Origin: Staphylococcus phage S6 | Sequence record: LC680885.1 | Reading direction: 5' to 3' (one strand) | Length of the DNA: 64,000 nucleotides | Shown here: positions 28,392-38,991 of the stretch, piece by piece | How the letters are laid out: each line of letters begins with the position of its first letter | Numbering within the stretch: the stretch's first letter is position 1 | Translations under genes and position numbers: made by a program | The notes under the pieces: model-generated | Databases searched by the model: none | Seen by the model: only the letters and a program-made list of their open reading frames with translations | What the model was told of the DNA's origin: nothing

Positions 28392-29123
28392 TTATGATTT
28401 AATTCCATCAGATTCTCTTAATTTATCAATTAATTCTATAAATTCATTGTATTTCTTATCTACAATTTTAAGATAATTATATTGAGAATTAGAAGCAACT
28501 TCATCTTTTTTCTTTTCTTTTAATTCATCACGTTTTTGGTAGTGATTATTTTTACCTTTAATTTCTATTAATAAATTAAAATCAGGAAGATAAAAATCAG
28601 GCATGTAGAAATGTTTCTTATTAGCAAACGTATAAGGAATAGCTATATTAGAAGGAGATAATACATTATTAGATTTAAAATCCATTTGTTTATCTAAGAA
28701 TTCTAAGAAATCTTTTTCATAAGATCCAACATATTGAGTAGGTAAACCTTTACCAGAACTCCAATGATATTTACCTGAAATTCTTCTATTTTCTAACATT
28801 TTATTTTGCATTTCAGGGTCATTTAATAAAGTAGTCTTACCGTATTTTTTATTCATTCTATCTTTAAATTGTTGTCTATATTTATCTTTACATACTTTAT
28901 CATGTACACGTTCATACTTTTCAGTTTGTTCATTAAATTTAGTAGGTTTACCGCATATAATGCACGTACCATGTGTTTTCTTATTTCTGAAATTAAAATA
29001 TACATTAGCTGCAGATAATTCACCTAATTCTTTTTCATGAAATTTCTCCATATGATTATAAAGACCTTTTTTATCTACATATTTCTTTGTACAGAATGGA
29101 CATTTATGATATTTTGTAGCCAT
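28392..29123 (-). CDS. zinc-finger protein (C2H2-like HKCPFC...HMEKFH plus additional Cys/His pairs)
   Basis: 243 aa. N-terminal C2H2 motif, then a second CxxC...H...C cluster. Confidence 0.5.
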   Translation of the reverse strand: MATKYHKCPFCTKKYVDKKGLYNHMEKFHEKELGELSAANVYFNFRNKKTHGTCIICGKPTKFNEQTEKYERVHDKVCKDKYRQQFKDRMNKKYGKTTLLNDPEMQNKMLENRRISGKYHWSSGKGLPTQYVGSYEKDFLEFLDKQMDFKSNNVLSPSNIAIPYTFANKKHFYMPDFYLPDFNLLIEIKGKNNHYQKRDELKEKKKDEVASNSQYNYLKIVDKKYNEFIELIDKLRESDGIKS

Positions 29124-29302
29124 TATTAATTTTCACCGTTCTTTCATTATCATTATTTAAGTATAAATGCTTGTTTCTATTGTTTTGTTATAAAAAATTA
29201 AGAACGCATTTATTTATAAATATAATATTATATAGTACATTAATTGAAAGTTGGTGATAGCTAATCGCTAATAAAAAGAAACATTTTAGAAATGAAATAT
29301 TC

Positions 29303-29704
29303 ATGGCTCAAAATATCTATAATCGTCAACATATGTTAGAAGATATGGAAGCTATGGGTCAAACAATCCAGAATTTAATTATAATGAAAAAAGGAACTTA
29401 TCCTAATACTCCAAATTTAGGAGTAGGAATAGAAGATTATTTATTTGAAATACTAGATAACGAAACTATATCTGATATTACTAGTAATATTAATAATCAG
29501 ATAAGTCAATATATAGTATCTTCTTCTGTTAATATAGATGTTAAAGTAATACAATTAAAAAATAGTAATGCAAATTTAAATAGTTTAAAAATTGACGTTA
29601 CATTATCAGATACAATTGATATTTCTAACGTACAAAGTTTTTCTTATGTGTTTGCGGCTAATATGTTAACTAGGAAAATGGTAACTAAACTTGTCTTAAG
29701 CTAA
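29303..29704 (+). CDS. baseplate wedge protein, gp25/GPW-like
   Basis: KKGTYPNTPNLGVGIEDYLFE matches the T4 gp25 block KGSRPFDPEFGCDLSDQLFE. Size 133 aa. Confidence 0.6.
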   Translation: MAQNIYNRQHMLEDMEAMGQTIQNLIIMKKGTYPNTPNLGVGIEDYLFEILDNETISDITSNINNQISQYIVSSSVNIDVKVIQLKNSNANLNSLKIDVTLSDTIDISNVQSFSYVFAANMLTRKMVTKLVLS

Positions 29705-29746
29705 GACTTTAAAAATAATAAAAGAAAAGAATGGAGAAATAGATAA

Positions 29747-31258
29747 ATGGTAAAAAAAGCAGATAACAATGAACTTAATGATTTTATGTCTGAAGAAGAA
29801 TTAAATGAAGTTAGTCAAGGTTCTTCTAATAATGATGAGAAACAAGAACAGAAACAAAGTACTCAAAAACAACAACATAATAAAAATAATCAAGGTAATA
29901 AAAAGAAAAATAACAATCGCAGAAGAAATAATAATAAACATAATCAACAAGATAAGAAACAAAATCAAAATAGCAAATCAGCAATTCCAACTCAAAGAAA
30001 CAAAGACAATCAAACTATGATGAGTGCTAGTGTTGATAGTGATAATCAACAAGAACAAGCTAAAACAGATCATATTAATTTAGATGGTCCTCAACCAGGC
30101 GAAGGTTTTGTTGACTATGAAAACTTAACTTCATATGGATTTAATGAAGGAAAATCAAATGAAGATACTTCTAGCATGACATTATCTGATTTTGAAGAAC
30201 AACAAGAACAAAAAGCTAAAAAAGATTATGAAAATCAAAAAGCTATTAGTGAAATTGAAAGTATTAGCAGTGATGAAAGAGCTAATCTATTAAATAATAT
30301 TAATGTAGATTTAGATAATATTGAAATTATTTCTGACATTGATTATGATATTGATAAAGAAAACACTAATTTCGTATTAAATAGTAAAGCAACTCATCAA
30401 GTTGTATTACCACAATCAGCATACATTGCTCATATGGAAAGTTTACGTAACCAAGAGATTTTATCTATTGCTGAATCTATTGATGATGATTACAATGCAA
30501 TGTTAAAACGTTATCAATTATACTTCCATAAAATGAATACAAATTCATTAGGAATTAATAACTTCCAAGATTTCGCTAGATTAACTTCTGTATATGATGT
30601 TAGTACTATTGAATACGGATTATACAATATTTCATTCCCTGGTGAAACTAAATTTGATATTAGATGTGGTAGCTGTAAAGCTGAATTAAAAGACGTTAAA
30701 GTTTCTAATGATCAATTAATGTCATTTAAAGATGAAGATGCTTTCGATCATGTTACTAAAAATGTTAAGAATATCACTAGTGTTGATGAAAATAAAGAAC
30801 ACTCATTAATTTATACTGAACAACGTATTGCTTTAAGAGATTCTAAAATTATCTTTGAAATTGTAACACCTACTGTTGAAAAACACTTAAGAGTTTTAGG
30901 TAGTATCCATATGGACGGTTTAACTGAAGATGAATCAGAAAGATTTAAACAAAATGCCACAGCTTTAATGCATGTTAAAAATGTTTATATCCCTGACTTA
31001 AAAACACTTAAAGAAGGACAAAAACCTAAGTTCCGTAAATTAAGTGAAGATAACATGAAAGATAAAATGAAAATTATTGAAAATCTTTCTATTCGTGATG
31101 GACATCAATTAACTGATGCTATTTATGATCGTGTTAATAAACATGCTATTGAATATGCTATTAAAGGTGCAAACTGTCCTAATTGTGGAGAAGATTTAGG
31201 TAAAATTGATATTGACATGAGTGAAATGCTTTTTCGGGAAGCGCTGCATTTGGTTTAG
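29747..31258 (+). CDS. hypothetical protein with long Q/N/K-rich low-complexity N-terminus
   Basis: 503-aa ORF immediately after the gp25-like gene. Confidence 0.55.
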   Translation: MVKKADNNELNDFMSEEELNEVSQGSSNNDEKQEQKQSTQKQQHNKNNQGNKKKNNNRRRNNNKHNQQDKKQNQNSKSAIPTQRNKDNQTMMSASVDSDNQQEQAKTDHINLDGPQPGEGFVDYENLTSYGFNEGKSNEDTSSMTLSDFEEQQEQKAKKDYENQKAISEIESISSDERANLLNNINVDLDNIEIISDIDYDIDKENTNFVLNSKATHQVVLPQSAYIAHMESLRNQEILSIAESIDDDYNAMLKRYQLYFHKMNTNSLGINNFQDFARLTSVYDVSTIEYGLYNISFPGETKFDIRCGSCKAELKDVKVSNDQLMSFKDEDAFDHVTKNVKNITSVDENKEHSLIYTEQRIALRDSKIIFEIVTPTVEKHLRVLGSIHMDGLTEDESERFKQNATALMHVKNVYIPDLKTLKEGQKPKFRKLSEDNMKDKMKIIENLSIRDGHQLTDAIYDRVNKHAIEYAIKGANCPNCGEDLGKIDIDMSEMLFREALHLV

Positions 31259-31323
31259 TAACAACGACCAACTCCAAGCAGTATAGAAAAAAGGTCTTTG
31301 ATGATGCAGCGTATATAGCATAT

Positions 31324-31524
31324 TTGCTTGATTTATTTGAAGGACGTTTATCTTTTAATGAAATTCTTAATATGGAATTAAATATATTAAATTCTATGGT
31401 TAAAGCCAAAGAAAAAGAAATGAAAAATAAACGTATGCAACAACAAAAATTAGAATCTGCTCAAAGAAGAGATTTTAATAATGGAATGCCTAAAGTAGAA
31501 CTACCAAGACATTTAAATAATTAA
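31324..31524 (+). CDS. small ORF in the -1 frame relative to the end of 29747-31258; possible frameshift extension (open frame begins at about 31232)
   Basis: The frame is open from just after a TGA at about 31229 to 31524 but has no in-frame ATG. The first start-like codon is TTG at 31324 without an RBS. Confidence 0.3.
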   Translation: MLDLFEGRLSFNEILNMELNILNSMVKAKEKEMKNKRMQQQKLESAQRRDFNNGMPKVELPRHLNN

Positions 31525-31552
31525 AAAAGAAATGAAAGGAGCTGACTATTGA

Positions 31553-31846
31553 TTGGTTACTAATACTAAAGATAGTCAGAAAATCCTTCATATTTATGAT
31601 TCTCTTGTTGAAGATGATGATAATATTTTATCATCTCTATGTCATTCTAATAAAGGTTTAGTATTTGTAAATCTTTTATATGACCTAGATTATAAAATTA
31701 AAGAAGGATTTTCTAAGAACTATAATGAATTTGATTACATTATTTTGGAAACAGAAGATAAAGAAAAATTAAAAGAAAAAGTTTCATATATAAAAAATTT
31801 AAAATTTGAAGACAACAAGAATAGTATAAGAATTTCAATTGTATAA
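31553..31846 (+). CDS. hypothetical protein
   Basis: 97 aa. TTG start with AGGAG at -13. Confidence 0.45.
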   Translation: MVTNTKDSQKILHIYDSLVEDDDNILSSLCHSNKGLVFVNLLYDLDYKIKEGFSKNYNEFDYIILETEDKEKLKEKVSYIKNLKFEDNKNSIRISIV

Positions 31847-31863
31847 AGTGAGGTCTAAAAAGA

Positions 31864-33606
31864 ATGTTAGATAAGAATAAAGAAAAGAAGAAATTAGTTT
31901 CAAATATTGTAGATGAGGATTCATATAAAGATATAGCTGAATTAACTATTGATACTATTTCAAATACGTTAATGAAATCATTAGGTTATTTCGGATCTAC
32001 AACTATTTTTGATGATGGTATTAGTAGATATGTAACTAAAGACGGTTATAATATCCTAAAAAATATTAGATTTCAAGATACAATCGCTACAGCTATTTTG
32101 AATTTTATTAAAGAAGTATCGTTATCACTAGTTAAATCAGTGGGAGATGGATCAACTTCATCAGTAATTAACTCACAAGCTATGTTTAAAGAAATTAATA
32201 AAAGACTAAAAGAAAAAGATGATTTAGGTGGATATTCTCGTAAAGAAATTTCTGATTCATTAAATAATATGAAAGAATTAATTTCTAAAGAATTAACTTC
32301 AAAATCTACTAAAATTGATCAAGATAATTTCCATAAATTAAAAAATATCGCTACAGTATCTAATAATAATGATGAAAAATTAGGAGAAATGGTTTATGAA
32401 ATTTTCTCTAAAATTGGTAATAAAGGTTTTATATTCCCTGAAGTTTCTGATAATGAAGAAGACCATTATTCATTAACTAGAGGTATTGAAACACCACATG
32501 CATTATTAGATAATAAATTAATTAATAATAAAGATGATCATTCAGTTGATTTTAGTAAACCTTATGTAGTTGTTGTTAATGATAAACTAACTGAAGAAGA
32601 TATTGTATGGACATCAAATATTATTTCTAAAGTTAAACCGTTCTCAGGACAAGGATTAATATTCTTTGCTCCAGCTTTTTCTAAAGAGTTTAAAGATTAT
32701 ATTAAAAATAATTTACATGCTAATAGAAATAATGGTTCATTACAAGCAGTTGAAACTGACTTTGAATTATCTATTGGTTCTCATTATCATGATCCAGAAA
32801 AATTAGAAGATTTAGCTATATATACAGGTGGTTCTATTATTGATAAAACTATGGAAAAAGAAGATTTCTATAAACAAGTTGAGTCTATTGTAGAACTTCC
32901 TGAAAATGACCCAGAATGGTTATTATTTAAAGAAACTGTAATTGGTAGAGCTGAAAGAATTACTATTGATAATTTTAAAACACAAATTATTAATGGTTAT
33001 GGTAATGGTACTCAAAAACTTAAAGATAGAATTTCAGAAATTAATAATGAGATAACTTATTATACTGATATGAATTCAGATCAAGCTATTACAGCTATTA
33101 CTGATTTACAAAAACGAGCAAATTCTTTAAATAATGCTATTGCTAAATTATACGTTGGTGGTTCTTCTCAAGCAGAAAAAACTTCTAGACTATACTTAGT
33201 AGAGGATTCAGTGCATGCTTCTAAATCTGCTTTAGAATACGGTTATGTATCTGGAGGTAACTTATCAGTAAATAAAGTTATTAAAAATATCAATAGAGAC
33301 GTTTTAAGTGATTTAGATAATCTAACATTAGATTTAATTGATATATCTTCAAGAGAAGTTTATCATAAAGTATTAGAAAACTTTAATAGATTTAGTTCGG
33401 GAGAAATTGAATCTATCACTCAAACTTGTATAGATAAAGATGCTATATTGAATATTAAAAATAATGAATATGAAGATGATGTTAATACAGATATTATCAA
33501 CTCAGTAGAGACAGATATCAAAATATTAGAAACAACTATTAGTATTATAGGATTGATTTCACTAAGTAACCAATTCTTAACTAATTCAGTCATTATTCCA
33601 CAATAA
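31864..33606 (+). CDS. GroEL-like chaperonin (Cpn60 family)
   Basis: SLGYFGSTTIFDDGISRYVTKDGYNILKNIRFQD...VGDGSTSSVIN aligns with GroEL [35 protein letters not shown]...AGDGTTTATVLA. Length 580 aa. Confidence 0.7.
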   Translation: MLDKNKEKKKLVSNIVDEDSYKDIAELTIDTISNTLMKSLGYFGSTTIFDDGISRYVTKDGYNILKNIRFQDTIATAILNFIKEVSLSLVKSVGDGSTSSVINSQAMFKEINKRLKEKDDLGGYSRKEISDSLNNMKELISKELTSKSTKIDQDNFHKLKNIATVSNNNDEKLGEMVYEIFSKIGNKGFIFPEVSDNEEDHYSLTRGIETPHALLDNKLINNKDDHSVDFSKPYVVVVNDKLTEEDIVWTSNIISKVKPFSGQGLIFFAPAFSKEFKDYIKNNLHANRNNGSLQAVETDFELSIGSHYHDPEKLEDLAIYTGGSIIDKTMEKEDFYKQVESIVELPENDPEWLLFKETVIGRAERITIDNFKTQIINGYGNGTQKLKDRISEINNEITYYTDMNSDQAITAITDLQKRANSLNNAIAKLYVGGSSQAEKTSRLYLVEDSVHASKSALEYGYVSGGNLSVNKVIKNINRDVLSDLDNLTLDLIDISSREVYHKVLENFNRFSSGEIESITQTCIDKDAILNIKNNEYEDDVNTDIINSVETDIKILETTISIIGLISLSNQFLTNSVIIPQ

Positions 33607-33614
33607 AACTTATT

Positions 33615-33654
33615 GCCGAAACCATTTGAACATTAATGGTTTCGGCTTATTTTT
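33615..33654 (+). terminator. terminator hairpin GCCGAAACCATT/AATGGTTTCGGC plus T-run
   Basis: 12-bp perfect stem, 8-nt loop, followed by ttatttttgtg. Confidence 0.7.
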
Positions 33655-33775
33655 GTGAATATAATTATCTTAATAATCTTTTTTACAAAATTAGATTTTT
33701 ATGATTTTTTATTTGCTTTTTTGCTAATTTTTTGTTATAATTAAAAATATATTAAGTAGGAGGAATTATATAAAA

Positions 33776-34549
33776 TTGACTAATTTTACAGCTTCTCAAT
33801 TTCTCAAAAACCCTACAGGAAAAGGTTCAGCTACAGTAGCTAGACGTGATAGAATCATATTAGATATGAGAACTAGATTTTCTTATCTTTATAAAAAGAA
33901 TAGAAAGAATTTTAAATTAAAAATATTCTTATATCAAGATAAATACTATTTCTATTTCCAAATACCTTCAGAAGATTATTTTAAAGAGAATCTATCTTAT
34001 GATGTTATTATTGAATTTAGACCACCTAATGAAAGAGCAGCTAAAGCAAAAGATCTTAATAATTACTTAATAAGATTTATTAGTAATTCACCTAACTTTA
34101 TGTTTACATATGGTTATCTATATAATAAAGATGATTTACTAATAAGTTGGTTAAGTTATAAATTAGGACCTAAGGCTTTAAATCAACCTCCAGAAGTTAG
34201 AAACCCTAGACTTGAATACGGTTTTGAGAAATCAGTTTATTTTGCACTTCTGTATTTAGAGACTAACCCTAAAGCATTAAAAAATCCGCTTCATTTGACA
34301 TTACCTAACAGACAAAGAATTAAAAGTTCTTTCAAATCTTCAGAATTAAAATTACGTGAATACAATAAGATTAAAAAACAGAAAAATTCTTCTAAGAAAA
34401 ACTCATCAGGTATTAAAAGACAAATAAGTAATCGTGTCGATAAAAGAAATGAAGAAAAGAAAAGAGTAACTAAACCTATTAATAGAAAAGTTAAACCTAT
34501 AGGTAAGGTTAAAAAAGTTAAGAAGACTAACTCTATAAAACGAAAATGA
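33776..34549 (+). CDS. hypothetical protein with strongly basic C-terminal tail
   Basis: 257 aa. TTG start with AGGAGG at -12. The C-terminal 70 aa are K/R-rich. Confidence 0.5.
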   Translation: MTNFTASQFLKNPTGKGSATVARRDRIILDMRTRFSYLYKKNRKNFKLKIFLYQDKYYFYFQIPSEDYFKENLSYDVIIEFRPPNERAAKAKDLNNYLIRFISNSPNFMFTYGYLYNKDDLLISWLSYKLGPKALNQPPEVRNPRLEYGFEKSVYFALLYLETNPKALKNPLHLTLPNRQRIKSSFKSSELKLREYNKIKKQKNSSKKNSSGIKRQISNRVDKRNEEKKRVTKPINRKVKPIGKVKKVKKTNSIKRK

Positions 34550-34625
34550 TTTATTAAATATATATTATATAAATGATAAATAATACTTATTTATCATAAT
34601 TATTATTTAAGGAGAGTGCCTGATA

Positions 34626-36359
34626 TTGGATAAAGTTAAAGAATTAGAGTACAAAGAGGATTTAGATTTAAAAAAGATTGATGAATTAGTTAATAATGAC
34701 GTGGAAGTACCCCTATTATCTAGTAATGTCAATAAGCTTAAAAGAGTCTCTGGTAATTTTGAATTAACTAATGAATACATTAATTCTAAAGACTTAGATA
34801 CACTTGAAAGAAAAAATAAAAATGGTAAAATTGAATTGGAGTACATACAGAGAACAGATATTCTACCATTAGTTAAATTTATTGAAAGTGAAAAGAATGA
34901 TACTATATTTATAGATTTCAATAAGATATTAGAAACTGATAATCGTAAAGTACCTAAGGATGAAGAGTTTGATAATATATTTACTATTCAAATTAAACAA
35001 AGATCTTACAAGAGTATTTTAGATTATATTGTAAATGATATGAATTTTATAGTTAATGAGATTCCTCACATAATGATTAAAGGTGCTACTATATTAAGTA
35101 AGATAGCTAAATTAAGAGAGAATTATAAAGAAGAAGATTTCTTCAGAGATATTCAGAATATTATTGAAGATGAAGATTTAAGAAATGTTATTAGAAATAT
35201 TGTTGATAATAACTATACAATTAATTTAGATCAAACTAATGCTGAAGCTATGTTACAAAGTAAGAAAGTTATTAAGAGAGATTTACAAGTAACTGACCAA
35301 GTAAATAAATCATTCTTATCTACAGCTGTAATGCAAAGATTTATTATTCCGTTTATTAGTCAATATTATGTAACTACCAATAAGTATCATTGTGAAAATT
35401 CTGATGCAGATAAGGAAAGAACTAAAAATGGTTACTTTAAAGCATTTAATTATTGTATGTGTATTTCTTCATTCGATTATAATGTAAGTAATAATAATAA
35501 ACTTTATAAAATTGTAGAACCTAAAGTAATCAAAACAAAATACAATGATAGAGTTATCTGGAGATTCTTAGATTTACGTTCAATTGACCCTGACACTGTT
35601 ATTAATAAAATAATGGATAAAATCATTAGACAAATTGTATGTAAATTATTAGTAGATACTTCTGCAGTATCTTACTTTACGTCTGTTATTAAATTCTCAA
35701 TCGATTATGAATTTCAGTACAAATATCCAATTAAGTTTAGATCAATACGTTTATCTACAGATGATGACGATGATGAAGATAGCTTCGATAAATTCCAAAT
35801 GAATAACTTCCATAAAGTTAATGAACGTTTAGATTTAGCTAATAAAATCACTATTGATAGATTTATTAATGAACGTTTAGAAGAATTAAATATTAGTGAT
35901 GATTACATTAATCGTTTATATGATAAATTTGATTATATTAATGACTTACAATCTCATTTAATTAAAGTTTATTTTGCTGAATACTTTAACGTTAATACAA
36001 ATGATAGAAAGAGCATTGTTTCATTACTGGCTATTATGTCTAAAGAACTTATTGATAATAATATGGAAACTTTAGGAAAAATAGTAGCAAGTAAAGTTGT
36101 TTCAGGTACAAAAGCTAAAAATGTAGGTAAATTATCATTAGACGTAATTGCAGATAAATATTATATTGCTGCTTGGGATAAATATAGATTTATCAATGAT
36201 ATTACTGAAAAAGATAACTTTATCTTACGTATAGCATTAGTAAATGGATATTCATTTAACTTCACTCCTGAAGATAAAGAAGAAGATGAAGAAGTTATTG
36301 CTGATATTGATAAGAAATACTTTATCTCTGAAGTATCACAATTTATTTCTCAATACTAA
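34626..36359 (+). CDS. hypothetical protein
   Basis: 577 aa. TTG start with AGGAG at -10. Confidence 0.55.
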   Translation: MDKVKELEYKEDLDLKKIDELVNNDVEVPLLSSNVNKLKRVSGNFELTNEYINSKDLDTLERKNKNGKIELEYIQRTDILPLVKFIESEKNDTIFIDFNKILETDNRKVPKDEEFDNIFTIQIKQRSYKSILDYIVNDMNFIVNEIPHIMIKGATILSKIAKLRENYKEEDFFRDIQNIIEDEDLRNVIRNIVDNNYTINLDQTNAEAMLQSKKVIKRDLQVTDQVNKSFLSTAVMQRFIIPFISQYYVTTNKYHCENSDADKERTKNGYFKAFNYCMCISSFDYNVSNNNKLYKIVEPKVIKTKYNDRVIWRFLDLRSIDPDTVINKIMDKIIRQIVCKLLVDTSAVSYFTSVIKFSIDYEFQYKYPIKFRSIRLSTDDDDDEDSFDKFQMNNFHKVNERLDLANKITIDRFINERLEELNISDDYINRLYDKFDYINDLQSHLIKVYFAEYFNVNTNDRKSIVSLLAIMSKELIDNNMETLGKIVASKVVSGTKAKNVGKLSLDVIADKYYIAAWDKYRFINDITEKDNFILRIALVNGYSFNFTPEDKEEDEEVIADIDKKYFISEVSQFISQY

Positions 36360-36379
36360 AAAAAAAAATATTAAAAATT

Positions 36380-36412
36380 ACCCATACACTCTATATTAAT
36401 GAGTGTATGGGT
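36380..36412. terminator. bidirectional terminator hairpin ACCCATACACTC/GAGTGTATGGGT
   Basis: 12-bp inverted repeat between convergent genes with A-run before and T-run after. Confidence 0.65.
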
Positions 36413-36449
36413 ATATTATTTCTTTTTTTTTTTTGGATCATAGAAAATT

Positions 36450-37610
36450 TTACCGATTTAATTCTCCTTCAAATAAATAATCTATATTAATGTAAGTTCT
36501 TTCAAATATTTCTTCATTAAGTCTTTTAATCTCATTGGGATCATTAAAATCTATTATTTGAGAAGATAATATATTTTGAATTTTACTTCCATCAATTTCA
36601 TCAACTATATGAGGATGATTGAATAGTTTAAACCTTTTAATTAGTTCTTCTAACTTTTCTTCTTTTAATTCATTTTCAAATAGCTTTCTTAAAGATGATT
36701 CATTATTATATTCTTTTAGAGGAGATAATTTTAAATCAGATATCATTTTATCTAATAATTTTACAGTTGATACTGGACCATAGCTTGGTATTGATTTGTA
36801 TTCTTGATCTTTATGTTCCATAAATAAGTTATATAAGTCTAATATATTATAATCTATATTAACAAAATCGTTAATATCTTTTTTAGTACTAGAGCTAAAT
36901 AATTCGTCTTTAATATTCTCTTTAGTTATTACTTTACTCTTTTCTGATCCACGTAGTTCTAATAGTAATAATCTATCTTTATATTTTAATAACTGTCTAT
37001 ATATTTTATCGTTACTAACTATTAATGAATAATCATCATCATTTTCAATATTAGTTTTAGATAATATATAATAAGGTAATATAGTTGGTTCTATTTTATA
37101 AGTGTCTATAAAATATGCGTTAGGTATATATTTAACTATAGTTTTAACTAATTCTAAAGTTGATTTAATAGTCTTATTAGTATCTCTATAAGTTATATTG
37201 TCTTTATCCATCTTTTTATAATATTCTTTCTTATACCCTTCATCAATATTAGTATGATATATTGACTCTTTATCTGAATAGAATAGGAAGAATCTACTAT
37301 GCATATTTAATCTACTAGCGAAGAAATGTCTATAATGTCCTATTATATTAACTAATTCAACAACTAAATTCAATCTATCTTTAGTTTTTACATGTGTAAA
37401 ATTTTCAGCTATTTGAGGTGAATACAATTGTTTAATAACTGAATTTAAATCTACATATATAGTTACATTATCATTTTTAGTATTACTACCAAACCTACCT
37501 CCTTCTACATAAGGTCTAACTAACTCAGTCATTTTGTTATAATTTAATTTTTTAGAGTTTATTATACGTTCTATTATACTAATATCCATATGTATTCCAC
37601 ATCCTTTCAT
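36450..37610 (-). CDS. T4 RNase H-like / FEN-family 5'-3' exonuclease (flap endonuclease), tentative
   Basis: VTIYVDLNSVIKQLY aligns to T4 RNase H GICLIDFSQIALSTAL. FLFYSDKESIYHTNIDEGYKKEYYKK aligns to VLCIDNAKSGYWRRDFAYYYKK. AYFIDTYKIEPTILPYYIL aligns to YIVMDIDKYEADDHIAVL. LIVSNDKIYRQLL aligns to LIISSDGDFTQL. Confidence 0.5.
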   Translation of the reverse strand: MKGCGIHMDISIIERIINSKKLNYNKMTELVRPYVEGGRFGSNTKNDNVTIYVDLNSVIKQLYSPQIAENFTHVKTKDRLNLVVELVNIIGHYRHFFASRLNMHSRFFLFYSDKESIYHTNIDEGYKKEYYKKMDKDNITYRDTNKTIKSTLELVKTIVKYIPNAYFIDTYKIEPTILPYYILSKTNIENDDDYSLIVSNDKIYRQLLKYKDRLLLLELRGSEKSKVITKENIKDELFSSSTKKDINDFVNIDYNILDLYNLFMEHKDQEYKSIPSYGPVSTVKLLDKMISDLKLSPLKEYNNESSLRKLFENELKEEKLEELIKRFKLFNHPHIVDEIDGSKIQNILSSQIIDFNDPNEIKRLNEEIFERTYINIDYLFEGELNR

Positions 37611-37716
37611 TGTTATAATATATAATTATATATTAATTCGTAATTTTATAAAAATTGATATTACCTAGTAACATTCACTTATAATAATAAGTATCGGGAA
37701 GTCGGTGAATTAAAAA

Positions 37717-38991
37717 TTGATAGAAAGCTTGATTACTAAAAAAATATTTAATATAAAATTAATAGCATTGTATTCAGATGGAACTACTGATGATTTATCT
37801 CAATTTATTAAGAGATCTAGAATAGAAATGAACTTCCAAGAATATATTATGCCATACTATAGATTTATATTAAGATTGCCTAAAGAGACTATAATTAAGA
37901 TTAATAAAGATAGAGATAAAGTAGTATTTTCTTTTTCTTCAGATATGATTACTACTGATGCTGAAAGTGAAAGTTTATCTGTTCCTTTTTATGAAGAAAT
38001 AATATTAAAACCATTAATGGATTTAAGTAATCCAGTTAATTATGATGATAGAGTAACTAGAACTGATGAAGATCAAAAACATTTATTTGATAGATATGAA
38101 CTAGTTGCTATATCTGAAGAAACGTTGAAAACTAATAAACCTATAGTTTCAGGTATCTATAATAACTGTACTGTCAGTGAAGTAGTCACTGATCTATTAA
38201 GTAATTTAAAAAATAGAGAGATATACTTACACGAGATAGATAATAACAAAATATATGAACAGATTATCTTACTTCCTGCAAACGTATATGATAATATAAA
38301 ATTTATTGATGACGTATACGGTATATATAATAGGGAAATTAAGATGTTTAACCATGAAACAGGATTAAATATTTTACCAATGTCTGGATTTGATCCTAAT
38401 GAGATAGGTAAAGTTAAAGTAGAAATAAGATTTCCATCAAATCAAACTGATGAAGAAATCATAGAAGGATCTTACGAACAAATATCTGAAGAGGATGACT
38501 TAGTTAGAAATAAAAATATAGTAACAAGAATTAATAATGTATCTTTAGTAGATAATACAAGATTATTTAATGAATTAATTGGTTCAGAAATTAATTTATT
38601 TGGAATGGATAATGAGACAGAATACACTAAATTAAATACATATCGTAGAGATATGGAAGATAGAAATGGACCTATTAATAAAGTTAAAGTATATGACGAT
38701 ATTTATGATAATCCTTATAGTTTAGAAAAAGAATTTAATAACAGTAAAGATATAATATTAAAGATACAGTTAAATGATATTGATTTGACTATGGAAGATA
38801 CTTTCAAGCAATTTGATATAGAGTTCTTTAATGAATATTATAAACACTATAACGGTTTTTATGAATTATTATCTATTAATCAAGAATATAAAAATGCAAG
38901 TAAAGCTTTAGTCTTATCAAACTATGTTACATTAAGAAAGATAACTGATCATACATTTATTAAGAATGATAAAAATAATCCCAATACCTAA
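37717..38991 (+). CDS. hypothetical protein
   Basis: 424 aa. TTG start with weak RBS, so the start is uncertain. The last codons lie inside the terminator stem. Confidence 0.5.
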   Translation: MIESLITKKIFNIKLIALYSDGTTDDLSQFIKRSRIEMNFQEYIMPYYRFILRLPKETIIKINKDRDKVVFSFSSDMITTDAESESLSVPFYEEIILKPLMDLSNPVNYDDRVTRTDEDQKHLFDRYELVAISEETLKTNKPIVSGIYNNCTVSEVVTDLLSNLKNREIYLHEIDNNKIYEQIILLPANVYDNIKFIDDVYGIYNREIKMFNHETGLNILPMSGFDPNEIGKVKVEIRFPSNQTDEEIIEGSYEQISEEDDLVRNKNIVTRINNVSLVDNTRLFNELIGSEINLFGMDNETEYTKLNTYRRDMEDRNGPINKVKVYDDIYDNPYSLEKEFNNSKDIILKIQLNDIDLTMEDTFKQFDIEFFNEYYKHYNGFYELLSINQEYKNASKALVLSNYVTLRKITDHTFIKNDKNNPNT

